Below, in pieces: positions 1 through 8,555 of a stretch of DNA of 64,000 nucleotides. Each line of letters opens with the position of its first letter. Position 1 is the first letter of the stretch. The stretch comes from Candidatus Treponema caballi (lineage in GTDB: Bacteria > Spirochaetota > Spirochaetia > Treponematales > Treponemataceae), in the NCBI GenBank assembly GCA_018066285.1, contig JAGHRS010000024.1, positions 1,279 to 65,278 on the forward strand, in the 5' to 3' direction. The notes below the pieces were generated by a model that did not search any database, was not told the DNA's origin, and was given only the letters and a program-made list of their open reading frames with translations. Both the position numbers and the translations under genes were made by a program.

Positions 1-1185
1 GAGGAGCCGATGACCTGCCGCCAGATTCTGACAGACCATCCAAAGGGAAAGGAATATGGCTGGATTCTTAAGGATGCAAAGGTATTCCCACTTTTAAGCG
101 ATGCAAAGGGCGAGACAATGTCCATGGCCCCAATCATCAACAGCGCAACACTCGGCGCCGTTCAGGTCGGTGACAGGGATCTTATGGTCGAGCTTACCGG
201 AACTGACATGCCGGGACTTCTGCTTTCTGCAAACATCGTTGCCTGTGACTTTGCTGACGCAGGATACGAAATCCTTCCTGTAAAGGTTGTTCATCCATAT
301 GACACAGGCTTTGGAAAGGAAATCGTCACACCGTTCTACTTCCAGGACACAACAGACGCAAGCCTTAAGGCATGCAACAAGCGCCTTGGTTCAGAGCTGA
401 CTGCTGATGATGCAGTTGACGCCCTTGCCCACATGGGATGCGCTGCAACAACAAAGGCCGGAAAAGACGGCGACACCATCATCACGGTTACTCCACCGCC
501 ATACAGAAACGACTTCCTGCATGAAGTTGATGTCATTGAAGACATCATGATGGGAAAGACGCTCGCGTTCTTCTCACCTGAGCGCCCGCACGACTTCACC
601 ATCGGCCGCCTGCTGCCAGTAACACTGCTGAGCCGCCGAGTAAAGGAACTGATGGTCGGTATGGGCTACCAGGAGATGATCTTCAATTATCTCGGCTCAA
701 AGAAAGACTACATCGACAACATGAACATCGACCCGGCCGGCGTCGTAGAGATTGCAAACCCGATGAGCGAGAACTATCAGTTCGTACGCCCGTCAATCAT
801 TGCATCTCTGCTTTCAGCTGAAGCAGGATCTGCAAATGCCGTCTATCCGCATAAGATTTTCGAAACAGGAAAGATTGCTTACCTGTGCGATGAAGAGAAT
901 ACCGGAACACGTACAAGACAGAATCTTGGCTTTGTAACCGCATCCGGTGACGCAAACTTCAACACCGCAGCCAGCGAGGTTGCAACGCTGCTCCACTTCC
1001 TTGATGTAGAGTACGTTGTTGAAGAATCAGACGATGCACGCTTCATTCCGGGCCGACAGGCTGCTGTCATGAAGAACGGCAAGAAGATTGGCGTTTTCGG
1101 CGAGATTCACCCGGCTGTCCTTGAGAACTGGCAGATTACCGTTCCATGCGTCGCTGGCGAAATCGACCTGGAAGAGATTCTCTAG
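1..1185 (+). CDS. pheT: Phenylalanine--tRNA ligase beta subunit, archaeal/spirochaete type, C-terminal part (5' end lies outside the window)
   Basis: The frame is open from base 1, so the ATG at 10 is internal. Motifs PPYRNDFLHEVDVIEDI, NPMSENYQFVRPS and FGEIHPAVL fit an archaeal-type PheT core. Stop TAG at 1183-1185 is followed by a terminator. Confidence 0.85.
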   Translation, partial: EEPMTCRQILTDHPKGKEYGWILKDAKVFPLLSDAKGETMSMAPIINSATLGAVQVGDRDLMVELTGTDMPGLLLSANIVACDFADAGYEILPVKVVHPYDTGFGKEIVTPFYFQDTTDASLKACNKRLGSELTADDAVDALAHMGCAATTKAGKDGDTIITVTPPPYRNDFLHEVDVIEDIMMGKTLAFFSPERPHDFTIGRLLPVTLLSRRVKELMVGMGYQEMIFNYLGSKKDYIDNMNIDPAGVVEIANPMSENYQFVRPSIIASLLSAEAGSANAVYPHKIFETGKIAYLCDEENTGTRTRQNLGFVTASGDANFNTAASEVATLLHFLDVEYVVEESDDARFIPGRQAAVMKNGKKIGVFGEIHPAVLENWQITVPCVAGEIDLEEIL

Positions 1186-1208
1186 TTAAAAGCTGATATG
1201 AAGAAAAG

Positions 1209-1243
1209 ACCGGCAGCTATTAAAGAGCATGCCGGTTTTTTTA
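1209..1243 (+). terminator. Rho-independent terminator after pheT
   Basis: Stem ACCGGCA (1209-1215) pairs with TGCCGGT (1230-1236), followed by a T-run. Confidence 0.6.
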
Positions 1244-1288
1244 TGCCTGCGAGTAACTAATTTGAATAAAAGCACCACAAATGAAGTG

Positions 1289-1336
1289 CACCCCAAAAGT
1301 TAGACGAAAAGTCTAATTTTGGAGGTGTTTTTTTTT
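1289..1336 (+). terminator. Second terminator-like long bulged hairpin with a T9 tail
   Basis: An interrupted stem of about 16 bp (CACCCCAAAAGTTAGAC / GTCTAATTTTGGAGGTG, 1289-1327) is followed by nine T (1328-1336). Confidence 0.5.
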
Positions 1337-1357
1337 ATGCTTTGTGAGAGAGGAATT

Positions 1358-1685
1358 GGGGTAAAATGCTAGTATTTGAAGCTTAACCATGACGCAATGA
1401 AGGGGATTTCGTGAGTTTCATGGTAAATGTGCGAAAACTTCCATGTTACCATGACAATTTTAGTCTGGCGTCATGGTAAATGAGGAAAAACTTGCATTTT
1501 ACCATGAAAACTGAGCCTTTATTTGAAGAAATTCATGGTAAAGTACTAGTATTTGAAGCTTAACCATGACAACTCTTATAAAAAATCATGGTAAAGGTCT
1601 GAATTCTAGTATTTTACCCCCATATCTCTCAAAGACGCCAACAATATGTCATGGTAAATGTCGGAATTCTAGAATTTTACCATGA
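1358..1685. repeat. Array of six palindromic units, consensus TCATGGTAAA-N17-TTTACCATGA (REP/BIME-like)
   Basis: Units lie at 1358-1392, 1418-1454, 1471-1507, 1533-1569, 1586-1620 and 1649-1685. The period alternates 60/53/62/53/63 bp. Loop sequences fall into three pairs of variants. The array sits between the convergent pheT and SpoU genes. Confidence 0.85.
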
Positions 1686-1844
1686 TTCGCTTTTAAGATG
1701 TCTTTTGCGGGGCGTTGCGGGGGCGCGTGACTCAAGCTTTAAGTAAGTTTTTTTGTTTTGCAGAGTAGCCGTGCAGTTTTGCAGCGCAAAACTGCATAAG
1801 CAAGACCGTCAGGTCTTGCGACGGGCTCCGCCCCACATTATGTT

Positions 1845-2621
1845 TTATCTTGTCAGTTCGTACAGAATGATGGCGGCGGCCTGGGCTACGTTCAGGCTTT
1901 CGATGTCGTCTGCGGGGCTTGGGATGATGACGAGGTGGTCGCAGTTTTCCTTGATTTCGTCTGAAATGCCGTGCTCTTCGTTGCCGAGGACGATTGCGGC
2001 GGGCAGTTTTGTGACTGAGCCGTCAGCGTTCTTCTTTTCGCATAACACCGCCATGCTGCTGATTGGCGTGGTGCAGCGGACGTCGGTGCCGAAGCGGACC
2101 ATGCGGCCTTTAAGGTCAGCAAGCAGCTTTGTCATTGACTGTACTGTCCAGACTTTGACGCGCTCCATGCCGCCTTTTGCGACGCGGTAGGTGCTTGTGG
2201 TGACGGTAGCGGCTGCTTCATCCAACGGGATGACGATGTTCTTCACACCGAAGAAGGCGGCTGACCGGATTATGGCGCCCAGATTGTTCGCGTTTCCGAT
2301 GCGGTCAAGAAGAAGCGCGTTCTCGCCGTTTTCGATCCACGCGGCGACGTTGGCTTTTGAAAGGTGTTCGATAGCCGGCTGGTCTATCATGGCGACGACA
2401 CCCTGATGGTGCACGCTGCCGCAGAGCTTTTCAAGGTCAGCGGCCTCAACCTGATTGTACGGGATGCGCTTTTTAGCCAGTGATTTACAGAGTCCGCCGA
2501 AAAGAGGTGCGCGGTCTTCGGTGAAATAGAGACGGCGTATTGCGTCGGGATTATTCTTTTCAAGAGCTTTTACGGCTTCAAAGCCGCAGATGGCAAGCTC
2601 ATTATTTCTTTTGTTCTTCAT
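1845..2621 (-). CDS. SpoU/TrmH-family RNA 2'-O-methyltransferase (RlmB-like)
   Basis: 258 aa with an N-terminal substrate-binding region and SpoU motifs (GNANNLGAIIRSAAFFG, LGNEEHGISDE, SLNVAQAAAIILYE). ATG at 2621. Confidence 0.85.
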   Translation of the reverse strand: MKNKRNNELAICGFEAVKALEKNNPDAIRRLYFTEDRAPLFGGLCKSLAKKRIPYNQVEAADLEKLCGSVHHQGVVAMIDQPAIEHLSKANVAAWIENGENALLLDRIGNANNLGAIIRSAAFFGVKNIVIPLDEAAATVTTSTYRVAKGGMERVKVWTVQSMTKLLADLKGRMVRFGTDVRCTTPISSMAVLCEKKNADGSVTKLPAAIVLGNEEHGISDEIKENCDHLVIIPSPADDIESLNVAQAAAIILYELTR

Positions 2622-2679
2622 ACGGCCACAGTATATAGAAAGTCTTGCGTAAAAACAAGGATTAACTTATTATAATACT

Positions 2680-3486
2680 ATGAGTAGAACCGATTTTAAG
2701 TTATCGGGGAGAGCAGAAAGTAATTTAAGAATATTTATTGGGTTCGGAGGTTTAGTATTAGTCGTTGCGCTGATATTCTCCGCCATCAATCTTCCTCCTG
2801 CTGAACCAGACTGGTTGTTTAACTGGAACCTGCTGGTTCCTATTATTCACGGCATTGTTTCCATCCTTACCATTATCCTGTGGATTAATCCTGACAACAG
2901 GGTTCTGCTTGTTACTGTACTTACCACGGAAGGAATCCTCTGCACGTTTGTGAGGGGATTTGGCATGATCAGCTGTATTTTTCTGAACATCCTTCTGGAA
3001 AGCCTTTTTGCGTGGGGTCGTTTTAAGAATCACGGATACAGAAAAGTTATCTTGATTTATACTGCATATCTGATAATACTGCTTAATCTTATCCGTGAAG
3101 GATGGGATATTTATTTCTTTACGGTAGGTTTTTCCCTGTTTACGCTGGGTTCTTCTCTTTTCGTTTACACTCTCGTAAAAGAAAAGCTTACCTATTATGT
3201 TCCGCAGATGACCCGGCTCAACGAAATCCTTGCTGGTGAGAATGAGCTTCCGGGATATGGCGAACAGATAAATCTCAAAGATTATGGATTTACTGAACGT
3301 CAGTTAAAGTGCGCGGCCTGTGCAATCCGCGATAACATGACGTATCCTAAAATTGCTGAGGAAATGGGGATAAGCCTTTCTATCGTAAAACGCGAGATGG
3401 CCATTGTCTGTAAGCAGTTTGCGGTAAAAAACAGGGATGAACTGTATCTGCTTTTCATCCAATACAAAGTGGATTATGGCCTGTAA
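2680..3486 (+). CDS. Polytopic membrane protein with a C-terminal LuxR/GerE-type HTH
   Basis: About 6 hydrophobic segments are followed by FTERQLKCAACAIRDNMTYPKIAEEMGISLSIVKREM, a LuxR-type HTH signature. Confidence 0.7.
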   Translation: MSRTDFKLSGRAESNLRIFIGFGGLVLVVALIFSAINLPPAEPDWLFNWNLLVPIIHGIVSILTIILWINPDNRVLLVTVLTTEGILCTFVRGFGMISCIFLNILLESLFAWGRFKNHGYRKVILIYTAYLIILLNLIREGWDIYFFTVGFSLFTLGSSLFVYTLVKEKLTYYVPQMTRLNEILAGENELPGYGEQINLKDYGFTERQLKCAACAIRDNMTYPKIAEEMGISLSIVKREMAIVCKQFAVKNRDELYLLFIQYKVDYGL

Positions 3487-4354
3487 AAAAGCACTTACTT
3501 TGACCCGTTTTTCAGTCATTCTCTTGATTTGTGCCGCGTTTACCGCATGTTTTACTGCCTGTTCTACGACACAAACGCTTCCTGAAGTGATAGAGTCTCC
3601 TGTTCCTGAAGAACTTCCGCCACCGCCTCCAGAACCAACGCTTGCAGAACGCGCCGCTGCCCTTGATGCAGCCTGGAACGCAGCTTACTCTGCTGAGCGG
3701 GCAATATCTGCTTTAGAGGCAGGTGCCGCCGGCAAGGAACCGCTTTTTTCTTCTCCAGCAGCACTTCCTGCCGGTGACCGTCTTGCCCGGAAATACGGAA
3801 CGGCGCTTGGCGGCTTTCTCGCGGATGCGGAACGCGGCTTTCTTGCTGAGCATGGCATTGAGACGGATTTTGCTTTCCTTAATGCGGAACTGATCCGCGC
3901 GGGGTTGCCGGAAGGTCCTGTGACAAAAGCGGATATTGAGCGCGTGCTGCCGTTCGGACAGAAGATTGTGATTGCAGAAATGAGCGGCGTACAGCTGCTT
4001 GAACTGTTTGCGTACATTGGCGCGCTCCCTCAGGGCTCCGGCGGCTTTGCCCAGGTTTCTGACGGAGTGACTTACACGCTCACATTTGATGAAACGGGCT
4101 TTGGGGCTCAGATTTCAGATGTGCTCGTGGGTGGCAGAGCGGTCGACGTTTCCAGGATGTATCGTGTGGCATTGAATGACTTTTTAGCAGCCGGCGGAAG
4201 CGGGTACAGCTTTTTCCTTCGCGATGATGTCGTGAAAGTGCCGACGGCTGTGGAACTGGCCGCTGCAATCGCTGACTATTGCAGTAACGGCGCTGATTCG
4301 TTATATATGAAGCAAGGAGAGAGAATAACCATTCACGGTGGCATCATCGAATAG
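3476..4354 (+). CDS. Lipoprotein carrying only a 5'-nucleotidase C-terminal (substrate-binding) domain
   Basis: The start is moved to ATG 3476 (MACKKALTL...), which gives a signal peptide plus lipobox FTAC. A Pro-rich linker follows, then VLPFGQKIVIAEMSGVQLLELF and LNDFLAAGGSGYSFF as in 5'-NT C-domains. No metallophosphatase domain is present. It overlaps the upstream gene by 11 nt. Confidence 0.65.
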   Translation: MACKKALTLTRFSVILLICAAFTACFTACSTTQTLPEVIESPVPEELPPPPPEPTLAERAAALDAAWNAAYSAERAISALEAGAAGKEPLFSSPAALPAGDRLARKYGTALGGFLADAERGFLAEHGIETDFAFLNAELIRAGLPEGPVTKADIERVLPFGQKIVIAEMSGVQLLELFAYIGALPQGSGGFAQVSDGVTYTLTFDETGFGAQISDVLVGGRAVDVSRMYRVALNDFLAAGGSGYSFFLRDDVVKVPTAVELAAAIADYCSNGADSLYMKQGERITIHGGIIE

Positions 4355-4374
4355 GTTATCTCATTTTTATAAGT

Positions 4375-4950
4375 ATGGATAAAAAAACACGTAACAGAAA
4401 CATCGCCATTGCAGGAGCTCTTGGAGCGCTCACCATTTTGTTCGGCTTCACACGCCTGGGACTTATCCCCTGGTTTTCCGGAGCTTCAATCACCATCCTG
4501 CATGTTCCGGTAATCCTTGCAACAATTCTTGCAGGATTGGGCGTTGGCGAAACAGTCGGCTTCATTTTCGGCCTGACATCACTTGTTGTCGCTGCAACAC
4601 AGGGAGTCGGAACCGATCTGTATTTCATAAATCCGATGGTTTCAGTTCTACCTCGACTCTGCATTGCACCAGTAGTATACTTGATATATAAAGGTCTCCG
4701 CCGCATCAGATGGTGCCCGGATTTCATTGCTGCAGGTATTGTTGCTTTCATAGGAACAATGGTAAACTCTGCGCTGGTCCTTTTAGCCCTTACTGGTATG
4801 GGAGCCATTACGTTTGAAGTTCTGGTTGCCATCATTACAGGCAACAGCCTTCTTGAAGCTGCTGCAGCCATCATTATCTGTGTGGCTGTTGTTGCCGTAA
4901 GAGACGGTGTAAAAGGCCGGCGGACAAAATCGTCCCTTTCAGAGGAATAA
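4375..4950 (+). CDS. ECF-transporter S (substrate-capture) component, PanT-like
   Basis: 191 aa with about 5-6 TM segments. The motif GASITILHVPVILATILAGLGVGETVGFIFGLTS resembles ECF S components. Substrate is unknown. Confidence 0.55.
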   Translation: MDKKTRNRNIAIAGALGALTILFGFTRLGLIPWFSGASITILHVPVILATILAGLGVGETVGFIFGLTSLVVAATQGVGTDLYFINPMVSVLPRLCIAPVVYLIYKGLRRIRWCPDFIAAGIVAFIGTMVNSALVLLALTGMGAITFEVLVAIITGNSLLEAAAAIIICVAVVAVRDGVKGRRTKSSLSEE

Positions 4951-4960
4951 AACAGAACAG

Positions 4961-6385
4961 ATGAAGATAATCATAGTAGGCGCAGGATTTACCGGCATTC
5001 AACTTGCCAAACGCCTGATAGCAGAACGCAATGATGTTGTGCTTATCGATAAAGACTCAGACACGGTTGCGCAGGTAGCAAACCGCCTTGACTGCATGGT
5101 TCTTCCTGCAAACGGAAACAGCATTAAGACACTTGAACAGGCTGGAATTGCTCACGCTGATGCGCTTGTTGCAGTAACAAGTTCTGATGAGCTGAACATG
5201 ATAACCTGTTCGCTTGTTGAATCAATGTATCCGGATGTGATAACCATTGCGCGCGTCAGAAACTATGATTATTACATTGACGCGAATGAAAGCGACGGAG
5301 AACCACGGGATTCGCGCCATCTGTACGGCATAAATTTCATGGTTCATCCGGATGTTGAGGCAATTGAAGCAATCGTCAACGCCGTTGAACATGGGGCCGT
5401 CACGGAAGCTGTTGATTTTGAGGGCTCAAAGTTTGAGCTTGCAAACATCACCATTGAAAAGAACAGCACGCTTGACGGCCTGACCGTTCAGGAAATCAGG
5501 AAACACACGGATAAGTCTTTCGTCGTCGCGTTTGTTGAAAAAGAAGGCGTTGCCATGCTGCCTTCAGGCCCTACCCTGCTTCATGCCGGCGACAGAATCG
5601 GTTTTCTTGCTGACCGGGATGACCTGCAGTCATTTGTGGAACTGTGCGGTTCAGAGCTGCGAGTTTTCCACAAGATTGCCATTCTTGGAGCAGGCCGCAT
5701 AGGTACCGGAGTTGCTGAAAAGCTCATCAAGCCGGCAAAGAAAGGCATTTTAAGCAGAATTTCCACGCTCAAAAAAAAGATTAACCAGCAGATTGTCATC
5801 ATTGATCCTGATGATAAGCTTACGCAGGCTGCGGCCGCACGCTTTCCGGAAGCACATGTGTACCGCGGCGAAATAACTGACGACAGCCTGATTGAGGATG
5901 AGGGCATTGCCGCATTTGACCTTGTCATTGCTGCAACGCACAATCACGAAAAGAACATGATTGCATCCGCGTATCTTGAATCAATAGGCGTCAAAAGTAC
6001 TGTCTGCCTTATCACAAACAGTTCGTATTCAGCAATTGCACGTAATATTGGCATAGATGTCTCTATTCCGCTCCGTGATACCGTTGTTGACAGCATTCTG
6101 AGTCACCTTCGCGGCCGCAACGTAAGCGGCATACACACCATTTCTGAAGATGGCCTTGAAATAATCGAAGTTACGCTGCCGGAAGACACAAAGCTTGAAG
6201 GCAAAGCGCTTAAGGATATTGCTGAAGCCGGCGTTTTCCTTGTGCTGCTCATCAGCCGAAACGAAGATGAAAGTTATGTGATTCCGGGTGGTAATACTGT
6301 ACTTCATGCCGGCGACAAACTGGCAGTCATTCACGATACAAAGGATACGCAGCATATAACGGAGAAGTTCGGGGTTCAGAATTGA
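4961..6385 (+). CDS. trkA: Trk potassium uptake system NAD-binding protein TrkA
   Basis: Two Rossmann/RCK modules (MKIIIVGAGFTGIQLAKRL and IAILGAGRIGTGVAEKL), each with an RCK_C region. Confidence 0.9.
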   Translation: MKIIIVGAGFTGIQLAKRLIAERNDVVLIDKDSDTVAQVANRLDCMVLPANGNSIKTLEQAGIAHADALVAVTSSDELNMITCSLVESMYPDVITIARVRNYDYYIDANESDGEPRDSRHLYGINFMVHPDVEAIEAIVNAVEHGAVTEAVDFEGSKFELANITIEKNSTLDGLTVQEIRKHTDKSFVVAFVEKEGVAMLPSGPTLLHAGDRIGFLADRDDLQSFVELCGSELRVFHKIAILGAGRIGTGVAEKLIKPAKKGILSRISTLKKKINQQIVIIDPDDKLTQAAAARFPEAHVYRGEITDDSLIEDEGIAAFDLVIAATHNHEKNMIASAYLESIGVKSTVCLITNSSYSAIARNIGIDVSIPLRDTVVDSILSHLRGRNVSGIHTISEDGLEIIEVTLPEDTKLEGKALKDIAEAGVFLVLLISRNEDESYVIPGGNTVLHAGDKLAVIHDTKDTQHITEKFGVQN

Positions 6386-7827
6386 TTTTTCTTTCAATCG
6401 TAAAAATCATGAGCGTTCTTCTCGCTATCGTGGCAGCGACCATGCTGCTTCCGGGAGCCGTGGCGCTCATTCTTGGGGAAACTGGCGCCGCCGTTTCGTT
6501 CCTGGGAACAGCGGGCGTTTCCATTGTGCTGGGGCTGGCCATCTGGTTTGCACTGCGCAAGTACACCTTTAAGCTTACAGCCCGTACATCATTTGTTGCA
6601 GTAGCTTTCAGCTGGATTATGGCCAGCATTCTTGGAGCAGTGCCGTTCGTCGTTTCTGGCGCCATTCCGTCTTTCACGGATGCGCTTTTTGAAAGCGTTT
6701 CTGGCTTTACGACGACTGGCGCCACAATCTGCAGCAATGTGGAAGCCCTGCCCCGCTCCATTAACTTATGGCGCATGGAAACGCACTGGCTTGGCGGCAT
6801 GGGAATTGTGGCGCTGACTGTTGCGCTTCTGCCGCTCATCGGCGTTGGCGGATTCCAGCTTATAAAAGCGGAAACCACCGGGCCTGAAAAAGGCAAGATT
6901 ACGCCTAAAATTACGATGACTGCCAAAATCCTGTGGTTTATTTACCTGGGACTGACTATTCTTGAAACCATAGCACTCCGCATTGCAGGCATGGATTTCC
7001 TTGATGCGCTGGGTCATTCGTTTTCTACGCTGGGAACTGGTGGTTTCTCTTCCAGGAACAGCAGCATAGGCGCGTACAATTCAGCCGCGGTCGATGTCAT
7101 CATCACGGTTTTCATGTTCCTTTCAGGAATCAACTTCAGCCTTTTCTTCATGCTGCTGAAAGGTAAGTTCGGTGAAATCCGCGAAAACTCAGAGCTTCGG
7201 GCGTATATCTGGATTGTCTTTATTGCGGGACTTGTTGTCACGTTCACTATTTCACCGCTGTACGATTCGTTTGCGGATGCACTTCGGTACGCGTTCTTCC
7301 AGGTTGTATCCATAATTACGACAACCGGTTATGGAACTGCAGATTATACAATGTGGCCTGTTGTTCCGCAGTTTGTCATCTTCCTTCTTTTTGGTATAGG
7401 TGGCTGTTCTGGTTCAACAGGTGGTGGCGTCAAGGTTGTCCGCTGGGTCATTATGGGAAAGCAAGCCAGGATTGAAGCGAAGAAAATGCTTCATCCGCAT
7501 GGAGTGTTTGACATCAGGCTCAACAGGACAAGCTGCCGTAAAGACGTAGTTTTCTCTGTTGCAGGTTTTCTCTGGGTCTATCTGATTCTTGTCATAATCA
7601 CGACGTTTGTTGCAGCTTTTGATACGCAGGATTTGTTCAGCGCGCTTACTACGGGACTGACTGTTGTTGGCAACGTGGGACCTGGTTTTGGAGCAATCGG
7701 GCCGGCGAATAATTTCGGCTTGTTCTCAAGCCTGCCAAAATACTGGTTCTGCTTTGCCATGATAGCGGGCCGTCTTGAGCTGTATACGATGATTATGTTC
7801 TTCTTCCCGGATTTCTGGAAGAACTGA
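6382..7827 (+). CDS. trkH: Trk potassium uptake membrane protein TrkH
   Basis: 481 aa polytopic protein with selectivity-filter-like TTTG/GTGG/TTGYG/GNVGPG repeats. The TTG start overlaps the trkA stop; an alternative ATG is at 6409. Confidence 0.9.
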   Translation: MIFLSIVKIMSVLLAIVAATMLLPGAVALILGETGAAVSFLGTAGVSIVLGLAIWFALRKYTFKLTARTSFVAVAFSWIMASILGAVPFVVSGAIPSFTDALFESVSGFTTTGATICSNVEALPRSINLWRMETHWLGGMGIVALTVALLPLIGVGGFQLIKAETTGPEKGKITPKITMTAKILWFIYLGLTILETIALRIAGMDFLDALGHSFSTLGTGGFSSRNSSIGAYNSAAVDVIITVFMFLSGINFSLFFMLLKGKFGEIRENSELRAYIWIVFIAGLVVTFTISPLYDSFADALRYAFFQVVSIITTTGYGTADYTMWPVVPQFVIFLLFGIGGCSGSTGGGVKVVRWVIMGKQARIEAKKMLHPHGVFDIRLNRTSCRKDVVFSVAGFLWVYLILVIITTFVAAFDTQDLFSALTTGLTVVGNVGPGFGAIGPANNFGLFSSLPKYWFCFAMIAGRLELYTMIMFFFPDFWKN

Positions 7828-7828
7828 T

Positions 7829-8524
7829 TTACTGAATCTTTGGGATGGCGAACTTTACGCCCGCGTCAAGAAGCATGGTAATCTGCTCCTGGAAGTAGCC
7901 GGGATGCCGTTCCTCTGTTTCTTCATGATCGTGAATGAGGATGATGTGATGCGCTTTTCCATCATCCGGGTCGTCTTCATGCAGCTCTATGAAGTTCTTT
8001 ACGTTCTTTTTGACATCATCGAATGTGAACGGATTTCCTTCCCGCAGGTTATATTCAGCGAAATCGAACGTCCAGAGCACATCGCGCTTCTGTTTGTGAT
8101 CAGGCCGGAAATAGGCGTCATCAGCAAATGCGCGGTCATCAATGTGTGCAAAGCCTTTTCTTTCGAGGAACTCCTGAAGGTCTTCAGCTTTTTCACCGCC
8201 ATTATTGCCGTAGGGGAAGCGGAAGAGTTTGAACGGGCGGTCGACTCCGGCCTTCTTATATAAAGACTCGATTATCTTTTCGTTTTTCATGATTTCGCGT
8301 TTTGCTTTCCACAGGGAAAGTTTACTAAACTCCGGATGACTGAAACTATGATTCTGAAGGATTACGCCATGCTTTAATGCGTATATGGCTTCATCCGGAT
8401 GGGCAAGAAGCCGTTCTCCCCAGCAAAACATGATTGGAGTAATGGATTTGGAAGTAAGGAAATCAACGATTCCGGGCGTGAGTGATGTAGTGACATCATC
8501 AATGGTCAGATAAGCTTTTATCAT
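7829..8524 (-). CDS. Polysaccharide deacetylase (NodB-homology) family protein
   Basis: LTIDDV...ITPIMFCWGE...LQNHSFSHP motifs are typical of the NodB fold. It converges on trkH with a 1-nt gap. Confidence 0.8.
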   Translation of the reverse strand: MIKAYLTIDDVTTSLTPGIVDFLTSKSITPIMFCWGERLLAHPDEAIYALKHGVILQNHSFSHPEFSKLSLWKAKREIMKNEKIIESLYKKAGVDRPFKLFRFPYGNNGGEKAEDLQEFLERKGFAHIDDRAFADDAYFRPDHKQKRDVLWTFDFAEYNLREGNPFTFDDVKKNVKNFIELHEDDPDDGKAHHIILIHDHEETEERHPGYFQEQITMLLDAGVKFAIPKIQ

Positions 8525-8555
8525 ACATATACTGTATCGCAGTTGTTTCTGTTTA

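Noticed and set aside
1358-1685. Regularly spaced repeats that might have been a CRISPR array
   Set aside because: Each unit is itself a palindrome with a variable loop. The gaps between units are only 16-28 nt. The arms are only about 10 nt long. No cas genes or leader are present in the window.
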